Source: Rhina ancylostomus
Lineage: Eukaryota
Direction of reading: 5' to 3'
Length of the DNA: 64,000 nucleotides
Assembly (NCBI GenBank): GCA_030265395.1
Contig: JARFYF010000036.1
Span: 24,290,529-24,354,528, forward strand
The notes beneath the pieces were generated by a model. That model saw only the letters and a list, made by a program, of their open reading frames with translations, ran no database searches and was not told where the DNA came from. A program made the position numbers and the translations under genes. This document shows positions 27,501-39,289 of this stretch, piece by piece. Positions within the stretch are counted from its first letter, which is position 1, and the number at the start of each line of letters is the position of its first letter.

Positions 27501-27914
27501 ATGTATAAATAAATGTTCCTGTATACTTTCTCCAACAATAATTTTCTAATATTTTTAGCTTTTAACTAACTTCCTCTCCAAGTCAACTGCTTTCAATGCA
27601 AATTTCAGAGTCAAGGCCACGAGTCTCCAGGGTAACATGTAATCATTTCCATCTGTAAAACCAACAGATATAGAACATACGTAGAACATGGAACAGTACA
27701 GCACAGGANNNNNNNNNNNNNNNNNNNNNNNNNNNNNNNNNNNNNNNNNNNGATTAAAGAGAATCCCAAGACATTCTTTTTACTACATTAAAAACAAGTG
27801 GGTGACTAGGGAGAGGGTAAGACCACTCACGGATAAAGGAGAAAATTTATACTTGGAGTTAGAGGACGTCTATGTACAAAATGAAGTTTAGGAAGCAATA
27901 TCTCTGTCACAGAG

Positions 27915-28228
27915 TCACATGGCATGCAAATAGGCCCTTCGATCCATGCAGTCCAGGCCAACCATCACGCACCCCTTTACACTAATCCCATTTGTTTTTA
28001 TTCTCCGTTTATTCACATCAACTCCCACCAGATTTTACAACTCACCTATAACCTGGGGTCAATTTTCAACAGCCAATTAATCTACTAACCCACACATCTC
28101 TGGGACATGAGAGGAAACACATACAGTCAGAGGGAGAATGCGCAAACTTCACACAGACATCAGAGGTCAAGACTGAACTTGGGCCACTGTAGCTATGAGA
28201 ATGCAATTCTACCAGCTACACCACTGTA
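27915..28228 (-). mobile_element. V-SINE (HE1-like)
   Basis: Antisense CR1 tail ggcccttcg, acagtcagagggagaatgcgcaaact, antisense tRNA head. Confidence 0.75.
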
Positions 28229-28744
28229 TCCAAAACTCTGTCTTCATTCAAAGCATTGTTAGTCAACAACCTAGAACTTCAACAAGCCCAGTTTCTCCAT
28301 TTATCATTAGACTAATATAACAATTTGAGTTCTAGTATCAATTGTTTCATGTTCCCTACAATGCATACTTCAGCCCCTTACCCCAATTAGAGTGGGAACA
28401 TTGATTTAAAAGTTTTTAAATCATACACAAGAACAAGAAAATTCCAAATCATGTCTGTAAAGTGCAAGAGAACCAAATTAAACACAATCTTAAACCCTCA
28501 ATTTTTGTCCAGATTTTTAACCCCATCCCTAAATCCAACTGATTAAAACCTATTAAGACAATCAATAGGCAGTTCCTATTTTGATGAGTGCACATATTCA
28601 AAGTTTGCAGTAAAAATTCTTGCATTGCAAACTAACAATTCATGATTAACATTATCAAGGAGATGATAATGAGTGTACAAAAATTAGTGTTCTGTGGTGG
28701 CAGCTGAAAGTTAAACATTTTAAGTGCAGGCCAGTAAAAGCTTT

Positions 28745-29410
28745 AATGTCTCTAAACCAGACACACCTTCCCCACCTCTTTCAGTATTCCAAAGGAATCA
28801 TTCTCTCCACAACTCCCTGGTGCACTGTTCCATCACCATTTATTCTTTTTTTAAATGGTATCTTCCAGCAGGAGATGCAACACCTATGCTTTTCTCTCTT
28901 CCACTAAATAGGGACCCAAAAACTCCTTCCAGGTGAATTGGTGATTGAACTATACTTTTTCCACCTTAGCTTAAAACTTGATCTTCTCTGCTTTGGAGAA
29001 GCTAAATGTAGATCGGATGAACACTTTGCAGAACACTACCAATCACAGATGCTGCCTGATCTGCTTAAAGAGAACTTCCAGCATTCTAACTTCCAATTCC
29101 AGCAACTGCTGTCTCCTGTTTATTTATTCTCTCCTCGTTTATCTCCTTCTATTTACGTCTCCTCCAGACAGATTATCTGCAATTAAGCCTTCACTACCCT
29201 CTCTCAGCTGGCACCAGCACTGTTTGCATAATTCATCACAGGGATTCCCTTTATTTTCTCAATCCCTCCCCACACTGCATCTTAAAGATGCTCATTTTCT
29301 AACTTTTCCCAATTCTGATGACGGGTCATCGATTTGAAACATTAACTGTTTCTATTTCAACAGATGCTACCTGACCTGAGCACTTCCAATATTTTCTGTT
29401 TTTATTTCAA
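28745..29410 (+). mobile_element. Penelope-like element fragment (linker, GIY-YIG, terminal unit with hammerhead motif)
   Basis: PSPPLSVFQRNHSLHNSLVH, FGEAKCRSDEHFAEH; terminal unit ctgatgacgggtcatcgatttgaaacattaactg. Confidence 0.75.
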
Positions 29411-29744
29411 GGGAAATTTCTTTGTCCTTCTACAAATATAGAAGGGCCACAGGATCTTGATACAAAAATACAAGTCATACATTAGTAGTTATCCATGAAG
29501 TAGTTCAGCAACAATATCTTTATAAATAAACTGGAACCAGTCGGCCCACTGCATCTATGCTGGCCCTCAGGGAAGCAATCCCAGGAGTTATCAAAGTAGA
29601 AAACGCTGGAAACACTCAGCCCGCAACTGTAGGAAAAGAAACNNNNNNNNNNNNNNNNNNNNNNNNNNNNNNNNNNNNNNNNNNNNNNNNNNNNNNNNNN
29701 NNNNNNNNNNNNNNNNNNNNNNNNNNNNNNNNNNNNNNNNNNAG

Positions 29745-29780
29745 AATTAACGTTTCAGGTCAAAGACCCTTCGTCAGAAT
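29745..29780 (-). ncRNA. Minimal hammerhead ribozyme motif (Penelope type)
   Basis: Minus strand reads ATT-CTGACGA-A-GGGTC-TTT-GACCT-GAAA-CGTT-AAT: intact CUGANGA/GAAA core, helix II hairpin, palindromic AACGTT in place of helix III. Confidence 0.6.
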
Positions 29781-30039
29781 GGCCAGCTGAGTAGTTCCGG
29801 CATTTTCTGTGTTTTTGTGTTATTTTACAGCACCTACGGTTTTATTTTGGTTTTCACCTACGTCTATTCCCCCTCAATTCGCTGCATTTCATTCTCTTAC
29901 ACACATACATATTAACTGACTACCCTCTGATTCCTTTTAGTATGCTGTAATCATCCGCAAGGTGCAAATTATTTGCCTGTCTTATGTCATTTATTAAACC
30001 ATATTAGATTTCATGTTCACTAAAGACGAAATTGTTGCC

Positions 30040-31058
30040 GCCTTTTTCAAATTCATTCCCCCAGATAACGATTAGAAAAAGGGGAAACGCCAGTTTACCT
30101 CCGAGGGTTCGTATCGCAAATTCTTAAAACTCTAGATTATTATCTTAAAACTAAGTAGGCAAGACTCAACACGGCTGCCATTTTCCCTCGGGCCGCCTGC
30201 AGATTTACTGATCTCCATTCAAATCGCGACGTGCACTACGTGCTGTAAACACCAATGTCAAGACCCTGCCTGTGCTCTTGTATGATTGATGGGCGGAGAA
30301 ACCGGTCTACGCGGCCTGCGCCCGGTTCACCTACTGCTGCCTACAAACCCAGCGCCGATTACTGCATGGACATTTCTCAGCCCAAACCAAAACCCGCCAA
30401 GTTCCAGCTGAACAGGACAACTAAGTGAGTAATCGATGAGATTGAAAACCACTGATCACTCGGGGGGGAAGAAGAGAGGCGTAACTTCCTAATCCAATCG
30501 TATTGGGACTGGATTAAAAATAATTTTAAGTAGGCGGGGCTAGGGTTGAATAATACTGATATCCACATGCGACGAAAACTTTGCACGTATTTTGACCAAA
30601 GTTTTTTTTTAGTTGCACTAAAATGGGTTGTCGGCGGCGGTGAATCTGGCTCCGCTCCCGGGGAACTGCAGCAACTTTGGTCGGCGGCGGTGAGTGACAT
30701 GTAGCTACACCAGCCGCACGCCCAGTTGCCACTGTCAACGTTCTTTAATGGAATGTTTATAGTGTCCGGGCACCAATCGGTGTGAATGGGAGGCGGGGCC
30801 GCGCACCGCTCAAATTCGGCAGAGCGGAGCCGAGTGCGAGAGGGGCGGGGTCGCTGGGTCCTGGAGAAGCAAAACAATTGTGTGCTGGAGGGACGCCGGC
30901 TGCAGAGTGGAGTCTGGTCTCGCTCTCTGCAGACAACACAGCAACCCAACACGAATATTAAAAAAAAATTGCATTCGCCTTGTTAAAGGGCAATAGCTTG
31001 TTTCGATTAATTGACCCCCGTCCCCCTTCCTCCTCCTCCTCCTCCTCCAGAAAAGACT
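30040..31058. promoter_or_regulatory. CpG-island promoter, probably bidirectional
   Basis: Abrupt CpG enrichment extending to about 32110; CCAAT/ATTGG boxes near 30494, 30502, 30774; GC boxes near 30291, 30533, 30792, 30842; YY1-like gccatttt near 30177. Confidence 0.85.
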
Positions 31059-31298
31059 ATGAGCTCCAAACGCCTTACCAAAAAATATAAAGTTGTAGGC
31101 ACAAAGGTTTGCGCGCCAAGTTCAGCGGATGAAGTCAGAGTTTCTGGAGTGATTCAGGCTTGTAAGAACGACCCTTCGGGTAATAATGTATACACAATTA
31201 TGTTAGATGATGGCTCACTCAGAGAGTATGCAGAAGAAGAAATAATCTGCATCGATCTCAAAGTATCTGGAAAAGGAAAATACAGATGTAATCAGAAG
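31059..31298 (+). CDS. ZNF704: ZNF704-like (ZNF395/ZNF704/SLC2A4RG family) first coding exon, DUF4772-type N-terminus
   Basis: ATG at 31059; MSSKRLTKKYKVVGTKVCAP...SGVIQACK...YRCNQK; donor AAG|GTATTT, phase 0, 80 codons; resembles family N-terminus (RRLGKRSLLGARVLGP...FQPGQK in ZNF395). Paralogue assignment is less certain than family. Confidence 0.8.
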
Positions 31299-31857
31299 GT
31301 ATTTAAGCATTATCTATTAAATTTTGTTTATTTATAAAATTTATGTAACTTCTACCGATTGCAAACTCGGGGCATGCTTTCATTTTTTTTGCAATCAGAC
31401 ATATTACTTTTTATATTTGATACACATTGCAACTAAGATGGCGCCTGAAGTGCACGGCCAAAGTTTAAAGAGTAGATCAAGGAAACCGGGTCCAATTAAA
31501 TGTCCAGTCCCTAATAAAACTAAAGACTGACACAAAGTGAAATGAGCTTTGGTGGTCATTTCACACTCCGAAGAGGAGCACACGACTGTAAATTGTGTTC
31601 TCCATGGAATGAGGTTCTGTTTGACTTGGTCGCTTATGGAGCATAAGTGAATACTTGGAATTGCAGTCGGCTGTGCTCAGTGGGTATTGCTTTGCAAAGT
31701 CCAAAAACTTGCCAGCTTTTCCAATTTTCCAGACACAGCTGTGGTGCCTGTCGTGTACTGATTCCCCGCGCGTTTTAAAGATAGTTTTCAAGTCGGAATT
31801 TGTTTGGCCCCGGTGGGGGAAAGTGACATAACTCTAGGGATTTTGGATTTTCTTCAG

Positions 31858-32099
31858 ATGTTTTTGAATTGCAAAACCAACGAATCGCTTGCGGTGCTTC
31901 AGGATCGGGTGAAAAACGATGTCACTTTAAGATCGCCGGAGCCACGCGGCCTGACAGCCAAAAAAACAGAAGACCGGTATCTGGAAAACAAATGTAACAG
32001 AATTGGCGAGGTGGAGAAAGAGCCCGCGGCCCGCCCCCTTGGCTCTGTGTCAGAACAGAAACGCCTCCTCACTTCGGCGAACATCGACGTTCCTCAGAG
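31858..32099 (+). CDS. ZNF704: ZNF704-like second coding exon
   Basis: Acceptor ttttcttcag|ATG in frame with the previous exon; ends EKEPAARPLGSVSEQKRLLTSANIDVPQR (recalled ZNF704: [28 protein letters not shown]); donor AG|GTAGGA, phase 2. Next exon not found in window. Confidence 0.85.
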
Positions 32100-34599
32100 G
32101 TAGGAGTTGTTTTTCGCAAGTTTGTCTTTCAGCAGTCTAATAACGGATGAGGTTAAACTACATCCTCAAAGTGAATTAACCATTTCCCCCATGACCCGTT
32201 CATTACATTAATGCAAATGTCCACTTTCCTCTAACTTCGGAGGAGTACACCCACTGCCACTTTAAATGCATAACTTTTATCCACAGAAATGGATTGCATT
32301 CTGGTTCATGAGTTATCAGTTGCTCCACTAAAGCTTATTTTGCACTGTCTTTTGATCTGAAGTCTTGCTTGTCCGGTATATGTGTTATGCAGTGGTCAAT
32401 CTTTAAAGTATTGGTACATTAGAATCGTTTTGGATCATGGAGTGTATGGGCACTTCAGTGGATTATACTATCCTTATGCTATTGTTGTGAATCCTGTCGT
32501 TCATTTAGTTCAGATTTCCACTGAATAAAACTGATTTGGGGTTGAATATACTGCAGGGACGACACTGACCTATCCTGATGATAATAGATAATTATTTTTG
32601 ATTGGATACAACTATTATATGAAGGGGGGCACATGGTGAAAGATTTGTTTTAGTAAAGGAATTGCTGTAAATAAATCAATTTCCTGATGCCAAACAATAA
32701 CAACTACAATGTACAGTATTTGTAAAGCATAGATAATCAGTCTTAAGGTATGTGAAATGTAGACACTTCAGAAAACTCATTAATTAAAATATATTCAAAG
32801 CAGCCGACAAAATTGGTATCATCGTGGCAAGATATTGTTAAGTGACTATATAAAGTTGATAAAGCATTAAATATGTGAACAAGTTGTGAATATACCACAA
32901 TATGTGAATATACCAGTTGTGATAACCTGTTTGCTTACTGCATACATTAAAAACTTGTGATATTTGTTATTAACTTTCAAAATGCTTTCAGTAGTCTTGG
33001 TGAACAAAATTAGCACTGTCCTGTGTACCTGATCAGTTGCAGCATTTGAATTTTATTTTGGCTACTGGGAAATTGTTCTCAATACAAATTCAGATTATTA
33101 AAGCTATTCTTTTGCCTCTTCCACCTTGAATTTTTTAATACAACTTGAGGCCTGCTTTACTGCTTCAGAAGAAATTTGAAACTGAGCCTGGGTTTGGAGC
33201 TTTACTGAATGTTTCAGTTGTAAGTAAAGAGATTTATCCAAACTGGACAATATTGTGGATTTATGCTTGTGGCAGAATCCTTCAATTGTCCAAGTTGGGA
33301 GAGTATCAGAAGTCGGAACACCACTGGAAAACTACATAGGAGTACTGCACCTTTTGGCCTCTATCACCATCATATCGTAGCACCCACTGACTAGGTTTGT
33401 CACACTAATCAAAATGTCAGCAATCAAGACTAGCTCCCATCCTCTCCACCTCCCACTGCAAAAGTACATAATTCCCAGTAGAGCTTTCATACAGTTTCCT
33501 ATTGCCAACCAGTAGAAATTATGGAGTTGGTGTCTTGTCATTTATTCCACTTGAGACATTGCATTTCAATTTTGCTTTTCCTTCTTTTCTAGACTGACAA
33601 TTTCCTAAGGGAAAGAGTTGAATGCTTAAGATTCTTTATGGAGTATGTGCTTTGGCTTTGAACTGTGGCTAAATGGTTTCTTGTATTGAATTTCTCATGT
33701 TCTGATTCTTGTTTGATTTGTTTATTGTGTAGAATGATATGCTTTGCTTTTTAAGATGTTTGCCATTTGAAATATTTTTCTTGAGAGTGAAATTGCAATT
33801 GAAAAATTTTAAGTGTCCATTTGAACTACTTCAATAATACAATATTGGTAGTTATTGCACGTGGATAAATAACATCTAGGAAGAGTGCAATTTTTAAGCA
33901 ATAAAGATTTAGCACTTAATTTGAACTTGGAAGATTTTATTTATAAGTTTATCATTTTTTTTCATTTAAAATGAAACCTAGGTTAAGACCCAAGATGAAG
34001 TGGATAGAGCCTAATCTCCAATGCTGGTAATTTATTAGGCTGTTATTTTGTATTTTGCTTGTACACACATTATGACTGCAGCCTTTGAAGCTGCAGTTAT
34101 GGTGTAATAGCTTTGGTTTAACTGCTGAAATTAATCTTTCTGTATTAAGTGGGATTTTCAGCTTTGTGGTAATTGTCTAGTATAATAGCATCTGAAGGAG
34201 GATCACTCTGTTCATATTTAACACAATGGAACTTGATCTAAATTGATCTGATTGTATCCCAAGCTGTTTCATATCTTGGTCATTAATTAGGTTGAATTCA
34301 AGTTTAATTCAAAGAATGTATGATTTTCATAAGCATTAATACTGTTGGATAGTTTCAGATTTACAAATGGTCCGTGAGAAACTTCTGAGAGTCATGGCCA
34401 ATACGACCAAATTTTCTGTGGAGCAAACATCCTTCCACTCATCCTAGTGGTGTAAATTATTTCCGTGTAGTACTGTGCCTAATCCTCACAACTCACTGCA
34501 CTTTGCTCACTGTTCTAACTTGGTCTCCAGATTTTGCATTGTTGGCAAGGGGAACATTCTCCTCTCCTAGAGATGATGGAGATGTCTTCTGTGAAACGC

Positions 34600-34870
34600 T
34601 ACAGTCTGTGTGCCATAGGTGTTCACAGAATGCAGATAGGAAGTTCCAGATTTAGACCCAGCAATGATGCTGGGTAGTATGTCTAAGTTGGGATAGTGTT
34701 TGACTTGAGGGGAACTTGGAGATGTTCCCATGCATCTGTTGCTCTTATCCTTTTTAGGTGGTGGAGATTGCGGGTTTGAGCGGTGCTGCTATAAAAAAAC
34801 TTGAACGAGTTACTGCAATGCATCCTGTAGGTGGTATGCACTCTGTTTCAATGTGCTGTTAGTTCATTGA
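34600..34870 (-). mobile_element. Old CR1-group LINE 3' fragment
   Basis: gttccagatttagacccagcaatgatg...gttcccatgcatctgttgctctt; same family as 39290-39860 and 44970-45690. Confidence 0.6.
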
Positions 34871-34879
34871 GTACTATGT

Positions 34880-35077
34880 GGCTGCTTTAAGATAGTGGAC
34901 TGGTCCACGTTCAAAGACTCAGATGCCAGCCTTGATGAGTATGCCACCACCATCAGACTTTATCAGCAAGCGTGTGGAGGAGTGTGTACCAAAGAGGACA
35001 ATATGTATGTTCCCAAACAGGAAACCATGGATGAACCGGGAGATCCACTCCCTACTGAAGGGGAGGACTGCTGCACA
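34880..35077 (+). mobile_element. Rex1/Babar LINE fragment running into a gap
   Basis: VDWSTFKDSDASLDEYATT / DFISKRVEECVPKRTICMFPNRKPWMNREIHSLLK. Confidence 0.85.
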
Positions 35078-36899
35078 NNNNNNNNNNNNNNNNNNNNNNN
35101 NNNNNNNNNNNNNNNNNNNNNNNNNNNNNNNNNNNNNNNNNNNNNNNNNNNNNNNNNNNNNNNNNNNNNNNNNNNNNNNNNNNNNNNNNNNNNNNNNNNN
35201 NNNNNNNNNNNNNNNNNNNNNNNNNNNNNNNNNNNNNNNNNNNNNNNNNNNNNNNNNNNNNNNNNNNNNNNNNNNNNNNNNNNNNNNNNNNNNNNNNNNN
35301 NNNNNNNNNNNNNNNNNNNNNNNNNNNNNNNNNNNNNNNNNNNNNNNNNNNNNNNNNNNNNNNNNNNNNNNNNNNNNNNNNNNNNNNNNNNNNNNNNNNN
35401 NNNNNNNNNNNNNNNNNNNNNNNNNNNNNNNNNNNNNNNNNNNNNNNNNNNNNNNNNNNNNNNNNNNNNNNNNNNNNNNNNNNNNNNNNNNNNNNNNNNN
35501 NNNNNNNNNNNNNNNNNNNNNNNNNNNNNNNNNNNNNNNNNNNNNNNNNNNNNNNNNNNNNNNNNNNNNNNNNNNNNNNNNNNNNNNNNNNNNNNNNNNN
35601 NNNNNNNNNNNNNNNNNNNNNNNNNNNNNNNNNNNNNNNNNNNNNNNNNNNNNNNNNNNNNNNNNNNNNNNNNNNNNNNNNNNNNNNNNNNNNNNNNNNN
35701 TCATGACATTCTTTATCTTCTGTTGACGTAAGCACGCCCCACACACACACACTTTAAGGAACCTCACTAATTGTAACCTAGTCCATAACAATAGTGATGA
35801 TGAGGTTGAGGTGGTTGGATTGCATATTGGCATTTGTTTAGTATAAATTCTTCCCTTGTCAATCTAATAATTTATAAGTCGTACTTTAACATCGCAAGCA
35901 CATCCCAAGATAATTAAAACAGGTGATATCAAACAAAAAGATTGGAAGTTGCAAATGGCTTGTAAATGGTCATTGCTTGAAGCTGTATTCATCAGCAAAC
36001 AGGTTTTTTTCTGTTGTGATTGGGTTAAGGCAGTGATCTGAGAAACTCCAGCAAGGGTGTCTTGGAACAGAGATGATTCGTTTGCTTGTGATTAAAAAGA
36101 TTTAAAAGTTGTACAGGGTGCTGGCATTTTATAGTGAAGTTCCTGTCACTTGTCCTTCCATAGCTTTGACTGTTAACTAATTTATTGTGTGTGAACAGTA
36201 ACTTACTAAAACCATAAGAAATAGTATCAGGAGTTGGGCATTTGGTCCCTCAAGCTTGCTTCTACCTTCAGTAAGATCGTGGCTGATTCAGGTGGTACTT
36301 GTTTTATTTTTTTCTTAAGTTATGGTTGGATCCACTTTCAGTTTGCCTGATAAACAGAACCGGACATTGAATCAAGATGTTGCAGCAAAACTTGACTTGT
36401 TCTTGCATTTAAACACATCAGCTTATTGATGCTTCCCAAAGTCTCTTGCCTCCTGTAGTTATTAAGTATGATTAGTTGGTGCAGACTTTAAAGGCAGCTA
36501 ACTGAACTTACCTAGTGACCATTTCCTCTTTAACCTCCGCTCTTGTATGGTGACTTAAATTTTTTTTCATATAATGGAAATATTATGTGTATTGGGCACA
36601 TCACATTGACGTGGATGCAACGACATTTTGGTGGGGCCTAATCACACAAAGGTGAAGTCAATCCCCAGAGATACCAATCCTCATCTTTGAGTGTAGTTGG
36701 AAAGATGAGATGTCAGGTGGACCTCATTCCCCTTTTGTTAAGAAAGAAGTGTATACCATCTCTGATATTTGTTTCTAGTTTTGTTTTCTTGTTCAGGGCA
36801 TAGTAGTGTGACACATCCATTGACAGCATGACAAATTAATGTTGTCATTTTCCGTTATTCATTGATAATAGAAAAAGTGGGGAAAATGTTGACATCTCA

Positions 36900-37140
36900 G
36901 ATGAATTTTTATTTTGGAACATTTACCAATCTTGGCATCTAATGAGATGTTAAATATTTTTCTCCTCTTCAGGTGAATGTAAAAGTTCCCGTGGCTATAT
37001 TTGGGGAAGAACATGGGAGTTTTTAGTGTTCTGGTTACTATTTGTTTCTCAATGAATTTCAGTTTAAAAATCTTTGCTGTTTGTGGTTCTATTGTTTTTC
37101 TAAATGTTGACTGTCAAGTTTCCAAATATTGCAACAGCAT
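36900..37140 (+). mobile_element. Deu-domain SINE fragment
   Basis: atgagatgttaaa...ctcttcaggtgaatgtaaaagttcccgtggctatattt...gaagaacatgggagtt...tgctgtttgtgg. Confidence 0.65.
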
Positions 37141-38139
37141 AAGTCTCTTTTTTATGGGGGGGAACTAGCATTTATGCGAATCTACTCTTGTAACTGCATA
37201 AGTTCACAAATCCTCCCCAAACATGTGCAAATGTGAATTTACAAAGTTTAATACAGTTGATTGCCTTTGCCTTTGATAGGATCAGTGCTGGACTTTCCAT
37301 TGACTCTAGCAGCAGTATGCAAACTTCCACAGATTCCTGGAACTTGTGCTGGGAAATCTGCCTGTAGTTAGACTTTGTACAGAAACAACAAGCTCCTTCC
37401 TTTGCCTGGAGAAGAATGGCAATGCAAGGTGAAGGCAAGATAATTTGCATTTTTGATTTGGTTGAATAAACTGAAATTTTCTTGATTTATTTTATATTTT
37501 AAAAGTTTTAACAATGTCTAATATTTAAATGTTGAAATGTTTGACCATCAGAGATGTTCATAAACACTGTCTCATTAATAGCTGGTAAGCCTGGTGCATT
37601 AGTTTACCCAGCTGCCAAAACAATACTATTGGTGGAGTTTGCTGCTCTCAATCAGAAGGCCTTGCCTTGCAAAGGGTCAGTGCCAGCTTCCTTGAAGTCC
37701 ATGTTGGTTAACCTGTTCCAAGTGAAGACTGATTTGGGTAATTAACTACCATGATTGGCAAACTGGTCTGTGGAAGATTTGAACTAGTATTGCTTTATTG
37801 AGTGTAATGTGGATTGGGATTTTCTGAAATTATGTAAGACATGATGTAAAGCAAGCTCTTTCTTTACAAACATTGTAATTCAGAATTTTATTGTTGCCTG
37901 TGTAACAAAGCATCATCAGTCACTAATAATAACTAATCGTGTTGTCTACGAGGCACCATCCATTTTATGTAACTTCGTTTTTGGAAACCTACACTAGTCT
38001 TGGATCCATTCTTTCTATAGAGAAGGTTATATGGGTTTTGTGTGTATGTGACTGGAAGTTTAATAAACACTTCAAAGAAAACTGGGGAAATTGCAGATAT
38101 TAGTATATTTGTATTAAAAAATAATGTATTGTTGTTAAA

Positions 38140-39070
38140 ACAGAAATACCGGGTGAACTTGGCCAGCCAAGCAACATTTCTTGGAATGGAAAGAAAAGTT
38201 GATATTTCAGGTTGTAGAGCCCTTCCTCAGAGTCGAGAAAGGGAGATGGGCCTGATTCCATACTGTGTGACCTTGACTACATCCTAGAGGCTGCAACCTG
38301 CCCAGGTGATAAATGGTGTGTTGTTCCTCAAGCTTCCCTTGGTCCTCATTGTAACAGTGCAGGAGGCCATGGGCAGAGAGGTTAGAGTGAGAATGGGCTG
38401 GTGAATTAAAATGTCTGGCAACCAGAAGCTCTGGACTGAGCTCAGGTGCTCCAAAAAATGATAACTCAGACCTTGTTTCCTCCAGTATTGAGGAGGTCAC
38501 GTTGTTAACACCAAATGAAGTTGATAAGCTGAAGTGAATTGCTGCTTCACCTGGAATGACTGGGTGCCTGGATGATGGGAAGGGAAAAGGTGAATGGGGA
38601 GGTGTTGTCTCCTCCATTTGCACGATGGATAGTTTTGATTAAATGTGTGATCCTGGGTGGGTTCAAATTAAGTAGGATGATCGTGGGATGAGCTGAAGCC
38701 CACGACATTTGTTGAAGATAGAAATGTGGCTATGGATGTAAATTTTGGTCAGAATCTTTTGGTTCCAGTAGGCCAGACCGTAGAACATCACCCAGATTTC
38801 ACAACAGAAGCCGTACATTATACAAAGGAGCTTAACTGCCCATTCAATGGCTACATCATTTCTTCCTATTACAGACATTCCCTTTTGTTCTGCCTGCTGC
38901 CTCCCCCACCTTCTCCTCCATTTAGACTTATTTGCTTTCTCTCTTTCTCTGTTCTGATGAAGGGTCTATGATGTGCAGTGGTTAACTAGTTTCTTTTTAC
39001 ACTGATGCTGCTTGTCTGGTTGAGTTCTCTTTTGATTTTGATTCAGATTCCAGCATTTGCAGTTTTGTTT
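38140..39070 (-). mobile_element. Penelope-like element with GIY-YIG fragment and oppositely oriented terminal units
   Basis: VARHFNSPAHSHSNLSAHGLLHCYNEDQGKLEEQHTIYHLGRLQPLG on minus; hammerhead-type unit on minus at 38197-38233 and on plus near 38950-39070. Confidence 0.8.
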
Positions 39071-39289
39071 GTTTTCCACGTTTTGTTATAAACTAAGCAC
39101 TTCAACCTTCTGAAGCAAATATCTTATTTGGCCTGCAGCATTTCAAAAAAGTTGTGCTGAAAATTTCAAATCTTTGAAGCTAGCTCATTGCTTATGTTTG
39201 TTTCTAACCTGGTTATCTTTTTGTTTTAGCATGTATATTTCCTCAGTAAAATGTAGTCTTGATATCTGGAGATGTGATTTGCACAGCAT

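Noticed and set aside
30377-30952. 191-aa minus-strand ORF in the CpG island
   Set aside because: No recognisable domain and a non-ATG start; long ORFs arise by chance in GC-rich promoter DNA.
31011-31058. Polyproline N-terminal extension in the ORF track
   Set aside because: Starts at TTG; the (CCT)n tract is better explained as UTR or polypyrimidine tract, and family similarity begins at the ATG at 31059.
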